DNA from: a virus
Lineage: Duplodnaviria > Caudoviricetes
Direction: 5' to 3' (one strand)
DNA: 64,000 bases
Virus record (IMG/VR): IMGVR_UViG_3300031998_000083
Span: 556 to 64,555 of that record
In this document: piece by piece, positions 19,201-31,200 of the stretch
Numbering within the stretch: the stretch's first letter is position 1
Layout of the letters: every line of letters begins with the position of its first letter
Notes under the pieces: model-generated
Told to the model about the DNA's origin: nothing
The model's input: the letters and a program-made list of their open reading frames with translations, nothing else
Databases searched by the model: none
Position numbers and translations under genes: made by a program

Positions 19201-22200
19201 GCTGGATATGCTTCACACGCTCCTTGTCGCGCTCCACAAACTCCTTGGCACCCTGCATGCTCTCGCCGATGTTACCCTCCAGGCGACCGATGATGTCGCC
19301 GAACAGTCCGATACGTTCGATCTTGTTCTCCATCATCGCCTGATCGATGGCATCCAACAGCTCCTGCTGGGCCTTGTATGAGCGTCCGCTGCCCTTATAG
19401 TTCTCTACGGCAGCCTTATATACACGGTCAAGATCGGCATACTCGTCGCGGCTGGCCTCGATGTTCTCCTGGTACTGGAGCGCGATAGACAGACCCTCGT
19501 AATCCTGCTCCCACATCGGGGCCTCCTCGTCGTTACGGGCCATCTTCTCGACCACCTCGCTCATACGCTCACGGATCTTCTCGGCATCCATCCTGCCCTC
19601 GCGCGCCTGGCGGAAGGCCTGGATCATGCGCTGACCCTTCAGCTCCAGCCTGCCCTGCTTCTCCACTCCCTGGGCTGTCTTGCTCAGTTCCTTAACAGAA
19701 GAGAGTTTCGTCACGCGCTGGTCGAGGTTACGCAGCTGGTTGTCAACGAGGATATTCATGATGCTGTCAATTTCACGCTTGATATCTTTGGCACCGGTGG
19801 CGTTCTTCACCGCCGACAGCATACGCTCCATCTCTCCGCGTCGCAGGTTGTCGCCGAAGCCCATCTTCATAAACTCCTGGGCGAAGTCGGTCACAGCCTT
19901 CACAGTGGCCTTGTCGTAGGCCTTCTGCTGACTCATGGCGTGACGGATCTGCTGCAGCTCTGCAGCCACGCGGCGCATCTTGGCCGAAGGGCTGTCAGGA
20001 TAGCGACGCTCGTTCTCACGGGCTGCCTCCAGCACATCCTTATCGTCGCGCTTCTGGCGGTAGTCATCCAGCTTCGGGGCCGTCTGCCAGAGCGACTTCT
20101 CACGGTTCCACTGCACCAGACGCTTCGCATAGTCGAGGGCTGCCTCGCCCTGCTGCATCCTAGGCTTCTCGCTGGGGCCTGTAGCCGTCTCGCCGATGGC
20201 ATTGCGCTCACGCCACTTCTTCATATCGGCATCCCACTTGTTCCAGTACTGGCGCTCCTCCGCTGTCATCTCCGGCTCAGAACTGCCCGTGCGTTGGAAT
20301 TTTGGGGCCTCATCTGAAGATTTTCGCTTATTTTCTTGGTCGTTTGGAATATTTTTCGTATCTTTGCCCTCAGAAAAGGAGATGTTGTCATCGGCAGCGA
20401 CAGCCCTGCTGCCAAAAGTGTCAATAGGGGTTCCAGCGGTATTGGCAGATGACAACTTCTCCTTTTTCGTTTTACTGTTGTCAAATGCTGTCAGTACCCA
20501 CTTCTTCCCATTGTCCTCCTGGGCCAGAACTACACGATATCCATCCTTTGTAATCTCAATATTATTTCCGTTCTTACCTACGCTGCCATTATTGACAACA
20601 TCGTCCAGTACGGCAGACAGCTCATCGATATCCTTGAAGTCGTGCAATGTCTCGATGTGCTTTCTGATGATATGGGACAGGCCTTTTCCCCTGTAAGGGT
20701 TATGAGACTCGCCCCATACAAGATCGATATCGCCCACCTCGTCACGGTGGAACACACCCAACAAATCACCACCCTTCTTTTTAACTAAGAAGTCAACAGC
20801 TTCTTTAGGCTTACCCTTGAACTGATCGTAGACCTCGCCGAAGTCACCGGTACCGACAGGCTTAATATCCTTGATGTTCATCGAGGTACCGTCATCCATG
20901 ATAATCACCTGATCCTCGCGGGGAACATCCTCGGTCTCTGAGGCGAGGCTGTTTCTGCGCTCCTCCTCAGACATATTCAGGCGCTTATCGACATTACGTG
21001 CCTCTACCTCACCGGCCAGACGGTGATACAGATCCATGGCATCACTCTTGGCAGGAGCCTTGGTCTCTCTCAGACGATCTATCTGCTGGTTTATATTATC
21101 GTACTTACCTGCCAGATTAACGGCTTGATTCTGCAAATAGAAGGTGTATTCACCAACAGTCTTACCTACCAGGTCGGCATAGTCTTTCTTCTCTTCAGGA
21201 CTTGAACTCAGTATCTTGTTAATGGCATCAAGCTCAGTCTTAATGTTAGCCTTTTCGGCTTCCTTCTTGGCTATAATAGCATTGATACCCGTCTCTGAGG
21301 TGCTGGTATAAAGATTACCACCCTGTGCAAATCCCTCAATATCCTGAATGGCGTGCTGGATCTCATGCAACAGGGTGCCATAGACATTCTCGTTATTGAG
21401 CTGATTGTCGCCGAAGCGCTTCAACTCGTTATAACCTATCTTTATACCGTCCTCTCCGAAGCTGCCGGCTGTACCTCCCTGCAGGGAAGTGAAAGTTACC
21501 TTCAGATCCTTCAGTTCAGGATAGTATTTGAACAGTTCTTTATCCTCGCCCATCAGCTCACCAAGGGACATTGACACGCCTTGCTCGTCATACTCCTTTA
21601 CCTTATTGCCTGCTTCAAGATACTGCTTCCAGATCTTTTCCTTTTGTTTGCGCATCTCCCGATACTTAGCTTTCTGCTCTTCGGAGTAGCGGCTGTCAAT
21701 ACGGCCAGGGATGGCGTTTGTCAAGCTCTGGTACTTCTGCAGAAGATTATCTTCCTCCTTACCGAGTCGAGACACCTCTTGATCGTGTTCCAGGCGTGCT
21801 TGTTTGTATTTGCTGACGATATCAACGTCGGCATCGGGGATCTCGTAGCGCCACTGACCGTCGGCACCGCGCTCCCAGCCTGTAGCATACTTGATTGCCT
21901 TGGGATCCACTCCGGCTTTCTCGGAATCCTCTGCCAGGGCCAGGTTTCGGCTCCTCTCGTCGCCACCTTCGGCCTTGTCGGCAGCCTGAGTGCCCTCCTT
22001 GCCTACCATCTGGAACATGATATCATCACGTCCGCCGACGGCATCCATGGCGACCTGCTTACGGTTGGCATCCTTCTGATCTTCGGTACCGGTATTGTCA
22101 TAGGTGCGCACGTCAAGACCGGAATTCTTCAGGGCCTCAACGATCTCAGGAGAAGTGGTCTCAGGCACTACGGCCACGGCAAACTCGTTCAGATATACAG

Positions 22201-25200
22201 GACGCTCAAATTTGGTCTCAAAGTAACCCGTCGGGAACTTCTTCTGCACCGCGTTGACAAACTGCTCGATGGTCTGACGGTCCTCAGCAGACAGATCGTA
22301 ATTGTATTCCCTCTTCAAGTAACTGCTGATGTTCTTATAATGGTCAAGGGCGTCGCCCAGGATATTATCACCATTATACCAGTCGCCATTACCAAGCTTG
22401 TCAGCAATGGCGCGAAGCTTCTGGCCCCACTCCTCATGGAAAGCCTCATGCTCTTCCTTAGTGGTGTTCAGATTGGCTTTGTTCTTCCTGATACCTTCAA
22501 GTGTTTTCTCCTTGCTGGCCACCTTTGCTATCCAGTTGCCGATGCTGCTCCAGTTAGTGGCGCCATTGAGGCCTTCCTTCTTCATCAGCTTGGAAGCATT
22601 CTCCAGGGTGTTGCGTACCCACTTTTGCCGGCCCTGATAGTCGGTACCGTTGAAGAGCCATTCCTCCACACCGTAACTGTCGGCCTTATCTTGCAGCCAT
22701 TTGTCGAAGTCCTGCTGGAGATTCTGCTCCTTCACGGCCTTAGCAGCCTTGCTTATAGTCTCTTCGACATTCGGTTTGCCTTCACTGACAGCCGATCTGC
22801 GCACAGCATACTCAAAGTTATTGAGGTTATGCAGAAGCTCTCCGTACTTCTCCAGCTCTTCAAGACGAGCGCGTTGCAGGTTTGTGAACGGGGTATTCTT
22901 GTCTTCCTTGATCCTTTCCTTAAGCTTTGCTATACGCTCCTCGGCAGGCGTCACAGGTTCGCCGATGCTCTCCTTATAAGCACGGTACATCTCGGCGATC
23001 TCCTTGATCTGCTCTTCAGGTAGATTGCGTACCTCCAGATTACCTTTGTCGGTAAGCTCATCGATACGCTTTGCAACATCCTCACCATAAGGATTCTCGT
23101 TGAGTACCAGCTCTGGGTTCAGACCCTTCTCCTTCATATACCAGTAGGCAAGGCGCTCCTGTCCTGCCTCCTTATCAAGCCAGGTGTCAAAGGCCATCCT
23201 CATATAGCTGGCTACCTCTCCGGCATCCTCATTCAGGCTTCTGATATCTTTCCAGAACTTAGACATTCCCTTATCGCTCATACGCTTCTGCACCTGCGGA
23301 TAGGTAGGAGTCCAGGCATCTGCGGTAAAGGTGCCGGCATTGTTGCCTGTGCGGGAGTCTATCAGACTTGATTTCGGGATCAGGGAGATATCGCCGTAGT
23401 CTGTGTGCATGTGGTTGTTGGTGTCAACGACTGCAAGGCTCGGGTTAGCCAGTCCTCCCTGCTTCAACACCTTTCGGAGCTTATCCTCACTCAGGTTATG
23501 AACACCCATCAGGGTACGCTCGATCTCTGCCTGAGAGCGAAGCTTACCGCTGGCAGCCTGGCGCATACGCTCACGAGGATCCACACCATTGAGCATATCG
23601 GCCAGGATGCGGTCTGCAATCTGGTTGGCATTGCGGTACTTCCAGCCCATCATCTTAGCCACACCCTCCCAGAAGCGGTTGAGGATATTCTTCAGGCGCT
23701 GCATGGCGGTTACAGCCTCAGCCTTGCCAAAGACACCACCGTTCTCGGCTGCCACTTCGTTGGCGATCTCACGCAGGCGCTCGGCACCTCGCTTACCGGA
23801 GAACTGGGTGATGATCTCCTCGATGAAGTCATCCTCCCTGCCCTCTTTAGAGAGTTCAGGATAGTCACGCTTCACGCGGTCAATGATCGGCTGCACTAGC
23901 TTGTCGGTGAGCATCACACGCTTGATATCGTCCCACTCCTCGGGACTCGTCTGACGCTTCATCTCTGCCCACAGGTGGCCGTACTCATGCACCGGCGTCT
24001 CGCTCATGGCAATACGCGGATCCAGGTAGATCTTTCCCTTATAGGTATATCCGTAGGCATGGCCGTCCTTCGTCTTGAACAACATCGGGCGTCCATGCAT
24101 ATCAAACACCCTCGCCTGCATGGAGGCGGCTTCTTTCTGATCCAGCATGTCCTGCAGGCCTTCATTCTCGATGCGGTCAAGAAGATCCCAGCGTAATGAC
24201 AGCATGCCGTAGCCGTACTTCTCAGACATTGCGTTCAAGTTGTCGGCCATTACCTGGCCAAGACCTTTGACACCGTGTTTGGCAATATATTCCTGCCTGA
24301 TCTTCTCTTCTAACTCATCCACGTTCAGGCCTTCTTCATCAAGCATCTGCTCGTTGATACGCTTATAGGCCGCTACGACCTCTTCAGGAGTCAGCTTTGC
24401 CACTTTATCCTGAATATCCAGAGACTCCCGGATATTGGGATTCTTGACAATCCTTTCCTCGATCGGCCTCATATCAACGGTCTGTGCGACGCTGCCTTCA
24501 TCCACCTTCTGCTGGCGGATCGGATTGCCGTTGATGTCCTCGGTGACGGATCCGGCAGGCTTTGCGCCGATCTTCACACCCCGTTTCTCCAGCTCTGCAC
24601 GCTGGGCAGGCGTAACGACGTTGTAAGGCACCTCGATATCGGTCCCCTCCAGCTGTTTGGCGATCATGTCGGCCACCTCGCTGTCAGGCACGATGCGGTT
24701 CACCTTGCTATAGCGCGAAAGTGTCACCTGGCGCTGTCGGTCGGCAGGCAGCTGCCCGTTCACGACTCCACTGTGCCAGTCCACATTACCTACGGCGTCC
24801 TTGGCTCCTTCGGCCTTATAGCCGCTGGTCAGTTCACTCTCAGGGATCTCCACCTCTACAACAACCAGCTCGGGACGCTTATAGGCGCTGGTGAACTGAT
24901 CGTTAAGCCCGGATGTAGAGGTATGGAAATAGGGATTGTAGGCAGCAGGCACATTGCCCTGGCCCTTCTGTCCCTTGTTAAGCACGAACTTTCCGTTCTT
25001 GATAAGATCTGGACGCTCCTCGGCCTTCTCCCATACACCGATCTCAGTAGGCTCGCGCATCTCACCGTCCACCTTCGCGGACATCGGAGGATAGAGCTTA
25101 CCGTCGATCAGCTGCATAGCCCGGTAGCGCTTCACGGTCTTACCGTTGTTCAGCTCTTCAAGCTCGGCCTCATCTGTAACCTTCTGCGGCTTGATCTCCG

Positions 25201-28200
25201 CTTCGGGATCTTCAACCGCCATACGGCTGTTATAGTCATCAAGGATCCTCTGACCTTCCTTCCAGTCGGTGCTTACCTCGATGCCAGCCTGACGGAGGTG
25301 ATCCACCACGGCGTCACGCAGGGCCTTTTCCTGCTGCTCGGGAGTAACAGGCTGCCAGTCCTTGGGACGTCGAACCATGCTCTCACGGGTAAAGAAGTCG
25401 GTATTTCGGCCCTTGTTGTCCTTGAATCCGAAACGCTTGTAAAAGTCCATCAGGCGCTTGATGGAGGTGGCGCCGAAGCTGGTGTCAGGTGTCAGATCCA
25501 GCGTCCAGCCTTTCTCGTCGGCAAGCCTTGCAAGGTCTTCCATGAAGCGGGTGCCGTTGCCCTGTCCCTGACTGTCAACAATGAAATGTGTCAGCGTGAG
25601 GTGGTCGCCCAGACGCGACAGGGTGACGTTCTTAAGGCCGTACTCCTTCAGGAGGTCGGGATCATCGATGGAGATATCCCGCTCGTCAAGCTTCTGCAGG
25701 GCTGAGTCGAAGGCAGGATTGCCTTGCTCCACCCTATGCTCATCCATCTTTGCAAGGCGCTCGTCATACTTCCTGACGGCCTCATCCATCTTCTGGTAGC
25801 GGATACCGCTGTCGATCCAGTCCTGTTCCTCGCGGCGCATGGCCTCCTCGGCGGTCTTCATACGGTCGCGGATGATCATGTTGGAAATGTCTGTCGGCTT
25901 CTCGGCACCAGTAAGGACGTTGTAAATGATGTTGCGGAGATCCTGATCCGAATACTGTTCCTTCATTCCTTCCGGCAGGGACTCATGGACGGACTCGGCA
26001 AACTGCTTCAGGCTCTTTCCCTTTCCATTGGGAGCCAGCCACGGGTTGAAGCCCTTGGTGTCGCCACCGAAGCCCCGGCTGCCGAAGCCTGTCTCATCCT
26101 TCAGGCCTACGATCGTGTTGCCTCCCTGGTCATAGCTTGTGTATGCCAGGAATCCCTCTCCTGGCTTTGGCACGTCGCCAAGTGCATCGGCTATGTATTC
26201 CTCTACAGTACGCGGCTGCATAGACTCATCATCAAGGGCTATGGCAGCCTCCTCATTGCCTTTGTACAGCTTACGGAGCCGCTCGACCTTCTCCTTCCGC
26301 GTGCCATAGCCGATGGTACGCTCGGCAGCGGACGCCCTGTCGCGCTGTTCCAGGCTGATCAGATCCTCGAAATGATCTTTCCTGTATTCGTCGTAAAGTT
26401 CATTGAATGCCTTTCTGTCGCCGGACTCGTAGAGATTCCACAGCTTTTCCCTTTCCTCGTCAGTCAACACGCTGACGACCTTGTCGGCGCTCTTCTTGTT
26501 CCTGAAGACTCCCAGAAGCTTCTCTTCAGTCGTGAGATTCTTCTGCCAGACGTTGTTTTCGATGGCCTCACCGGTCTTGATGACGTTATACGACTCCCGT
26601 CTGGCCTCTCCGATGGGATTGCCGTCGGCGTCGTAGTCGCGGCGGGTGACAACTGCCTGCCCGTCATGGCTGATATGCTCAATGGTCATATCAGACCGTA
26701 TGCCGCGGCTGTCGGTGAAGCTGAAGGTGCGCCCGACGTTGTCCTGGACGGCCTTCTGGTATTTCTTCGCGGTCTTCTGGTCTACGGCTGGTAGTCCGTC
26801 AGCAGACCCAGTGCCACCCTCTCCCGTCTCGAGAGTTTGTCCGGATCCGGCTCTTCCGGCTGCTGGCTGTCCTCCAGCTGCTCCAACTTCTCCATCAGCT
26901 CCGGTCTCTGCTGCAGGAGTCTGCCTAGACGCTCCCGCGACTCCCTCAGCTGGACGTTCTTCGGATGATCCTTGTACTTCTCCGTCTGCGGGGGGTACCA
27001 TACCACTTCCTCCTCCGTGCACTGGTTCCCCGGATACACCTGGTCGAAGATGTCGCACATCTTGCTGAAGTATGCGTCGTCCCAACTCGTCCACCCTTCG
27101 TTCAGTAGCGGGGGTAACGTCTGGTATTTGTCGTGCAACATCACGTAGTCCTCGTCCGAGAGAGGCAGCTTGATCTGCTGTAAATCTTCCTTCGTTAATT
27201 CCATACTCAAAAATATCTAATAGTTCGTTTAACTTTGCATCATCAAGGGAGTAATCCCACTTCTCAGCCTCATCAGCAGAGACGCGGCCTCCTTCAGGAC
27301 GTTCTGCGGCCTTGTTGCCGCTGTTGTCGAAGCCGATGATCTCCACGTCAGGATGGAGCTTCCGCAGGTCGGCGATCTTTCCCTGATTCTCCAGGAAGGC
27401 CTCGTTCACGAAATACTCCAGAGCGAGGAACCGTCCTGTCCTGAGTCCTCTTTCAACGGTATTGTTGAACGAGGTGTAGGCATCATTGTAGACGGCTACC
27501 ACCTGAATGTCTGTCATTCCGGCCTTCTTCGCCTGCTTTATGGCTGCGTCAAGGCTCTTGACATTATTAAAGGCAGAGTCGTAGACCATTCCGCGTCCGC
27601 TAAAGTCCATGTTCCTGGTGGCGGTACTCTTGCCTGCGCCTCCTGCTCCCGTCAGCAGCGTGATGCTCGTCTTTCCGCTTGCGACGGCGTCTTTGAGCAT
27701 CTTATCGTAAATAACGGCCGTCAGCCGCTTTCCCTGTGCTTTGAAATCCGGTACGTTCTTCCCGTTATAACCTATCGGAGTAAGAGCGTCTCTGAGTTTA
27801 TCGGGATCCAGAAGATTACCATGCAACTTGATGTAAGTATCAACGATCTCGTCCATGTGTTCGTCTACCCACTTGGCCTGACTCTCTGGATCTGTTGCAA
27901 AGTTACGAATTTCTTTTGGATTTACCAAATTTATCCACGACTTTTTTGCATTATATACCTCAGAAAGTGCATTTTCGGGTACTCCGGCGGCTTTTGCTTC
28001 CTGATAAGCGACCTCTAACTGGTCAAGATCCTTGGCTCTGATGATGTTGGCGGTATGTGTAGTGAAGGCCTCAGCCAGCTTTGCCTCAGCCTCCTGGCCA
28101 CGTCTGGCAAGATCCTGCCAGTACTCAGCCTTCTGACGGGCCTCGGCCAGCTTATCCTCATGGGCTTCGAGGTCGGCCATGTCCGTAATGGATGAGGTGT

Positions 28201-31200
28201 CTGTCTTCTGAAGCTTATCATACTCCCTTGCAGCACTCTCGGCTATCTGGGCGATCATCTTACCGGCCTTCTCCTCGCCGTATTTCTCTGTCAGCTCGGC
28301 CAGGGTGTCCTCGGGCGTAGCCTTCTCGTACACCTTCTTACCCTTCTCGTCAACGGGAATACGGGAAGGAGCGGCGCTTCCGGATTCCAGCCGCCCATCA
28401 TCTTCGGCTGATGCGCTTACTTCACCGGCGGCATTTCCGCTCTGTATTTCTTTACCCTTTCCTTCCTGCTGGCCCTCAGGCTCTTGGGCTGCCTCCAAAG
28501 GAACCTCGGGCGTTTCCATTGATCCTTCGGGTGTAATCTCCTCCGGACGGTTGGCAGCATCGATCTCGTTGCTTTTCGCCTTGCGGTACTCGTCGATGTC
28601 AAATGGCTGCGGCTCTCCCAGGATTTCCGCAGCATTGCCGTTTTCGTCAGGAACCACTTCCGTCTTTGCCCACGTCATGTTTCCGTTCTCGTCGGATATG
28701 GTGCTTACCATGTAGGTCTTGCCGTCTGCCCCGACGAATGTCTCTCCGACCTCCTGTGGAACCTCAGGCGTGCCTGGTGCCAGCTCGATGGAGTCGTCGG
28801 CAACCTTCATCAGCTGTCCACGGAGTCCGTCCATACTGTCGTTGGCCTCGATCAGTCTGCGAGGATCAGTCACACCGGTCACCACTACATCATTGGGATT
28901 GACAACGTCGATCTCACCGGTATTGGCATCGCGGACGATCACGGCCCCGCTGCCGTCGGTAGATACCAGCTTGCCCTCGGGAGTGATCTGGAAGTGGCCT
29001 GCGCTGACATACACATCCCTACCCCTCGAATTGCCTGTGATCAGCATACCACTGTCAGGATGGGTGTTTCTGCGGATCTCGGCATTGGCGGCATCCACCT
29101 GCTCATCGACGGTCTTGATGGCCTGATCCATCATACCCTGCATACGGGCTGCGGCATTGAAGTACTCCTTGGCTGCCTCCAGCATCGGTCCGTCCACGTC
29201 GCGGCGCATGGCCAGCTCTGCCATCTTCTCGTCAGGATAGTCGGCAGCAGCCATCACCTCTTCGGCAAACTCCTGGCCGTACTGTGCAAGGGCCTCTTCT
29301 GCTACCTGAGCATCTACAAGGGCGAAGTGGCGCTCCTCGGGAGTGATCTTCTTTCCTTCCTCAAACCTGCGTCTGGGATTATACTCATCCTCAGGGAAGG
29401 CATTGCGGGAGATTACACCATATACATTATTAAACTGGTCGGGATCGAGGCTGGTGTCATTGGGGTTAAGGGCCTTCTGCACCATATCTGCGGCATCCAA
29501 GGGGGATATGCCGTTGGTCTCGGCGATCTCGAGGACAATAGCTTTGTGCTGCTCCTTGCTGGTGGCGTTCCACATGTTGACGGCATCATTGAGGCTGAAC
29601 TCGCTCTGACACTCCTCGCGCCACTGCTCGGCATCGCTGAAGGTATCAAACTTCAGGTCGCGCACACAGTTACCGTCCTTGTCGCGGGTCTTCACAATCA
29701 CACTGCCATCGGCATTATGTACGATATCGGCACCTGTCTCGAGTCCGGCACGGTAGACACCTCCCAGGACTCCTGCCACCTTCTGCTTCACGACGGCTGG
29801 GATCTCGGGATTGCTCATGAAAGCGTTATAGTTGTCGGCCAGCTGACGGCGCATCTGCTCACCCTCGGGAGTAAGCTTTTTCTTACCGTTCACCTCGCTG
29901 ATAGCTGCATCAGGGTGCATGCTGCTAAGAGTCTCCAGCAGGCTACGACCTTCGGCTGTGTCGCGCACATAAGCCTCCTCTTCCTTGGTGAACTTCATGC
30001 CAGAAGGTTTGGCTGACATGGCCTTACCGACGGCTTTACGCACACCGTTCTTATAGATATCGGCACCTGTCTCGAGGGTCTTGGTCAGCAGATGACCACC
30101 AGAGGCCTTCATCACTCCCAGCTTCTCCATGGCCTCCAGGGATCCCTCGAAGGGATTGGTGAAGCCTTCCTCGCCCTGTACCATCTTGGCCAGTTCCTCG
30201 GTGGCATACATCGTCTCGGCCTCAGCAGCGAAACCGGCTGCCTTGGCACCTACACGGGAGATACCGGTCAACGGCTGGGAGAGAGCCTGGGACATGGCAC
30301 CCGTAACACCGAAGGCTGCACCGGTGGCCAGACCCTCGGCGGTGGATCCAGCCAGTCGCATGGGGTCAAACTCGCTGTCGCGCATCTGACGGGCTGCCTC
30401 TGACGTGGCGTTATAGCCTCCCATGGTGAGGGAGCTGCTGATAACATGCTGCATCAGGTAGTTCTTCATCCTCGCGCCTACACTGTTCTCGAGGGCTGCA
30501 CCTACGATACTACGGGCAGCAGTCTCACTGAGGCCCTTTCCCATGAGATTCTGGATCTGGCGCTCGGCCACCTTCTTAGCCACCTGTCCTGACACCTTGC
30601 CATACAGGCCGAAGAAGGGAGCATCGGCAGCAAAGGACACACCCATCTGGGTAAGCTTCGCTCCTGTGCCTGGGTTATAGTTGGGGTTGAGACCTTCCTC
30701 GGTCATGGCCTCAGCCTGGTTCTTGATCTGACGCTGGCCCTTAGACTCGGTGATGGTGTTATAGAGCATACCGATGATGCTGTTACCCAGTCCGTTCATG
30801 ATATACTCTACGGACGATTTGGGAAGTTCGCGCTTCACCAACGTATCGGTAAGCCTGGTGGCAAGGTCCTGCTGGATCTTGGGCTTGATGATGTTCTCGA
30901 TGTATTCGGTACGGTCGATACCCATCTTATCAGCCTCCTTACCTACCTCCTCGGCAAAGGCACTGTCCTTATACAGACCTTCCATCTGCTGCTGGAGATA
31001 GTTGAGGATCTTCTCAGGATCTTTAGCCTCGTTGGCCTCGCGGACATTACCAAGGATGCCAAAGCCTCCGGCCTGTCCAATAGATCTTACGGCACTGGTA
31101 TTTTCGCGGCCCTCGTTGAAGACCTCGCTGGCTTTCTTGTCAAACTCGGCAATGGCCTTGTCTACGGCTGGAGCGACAACGGAGCTGGTAATACGGTTGA

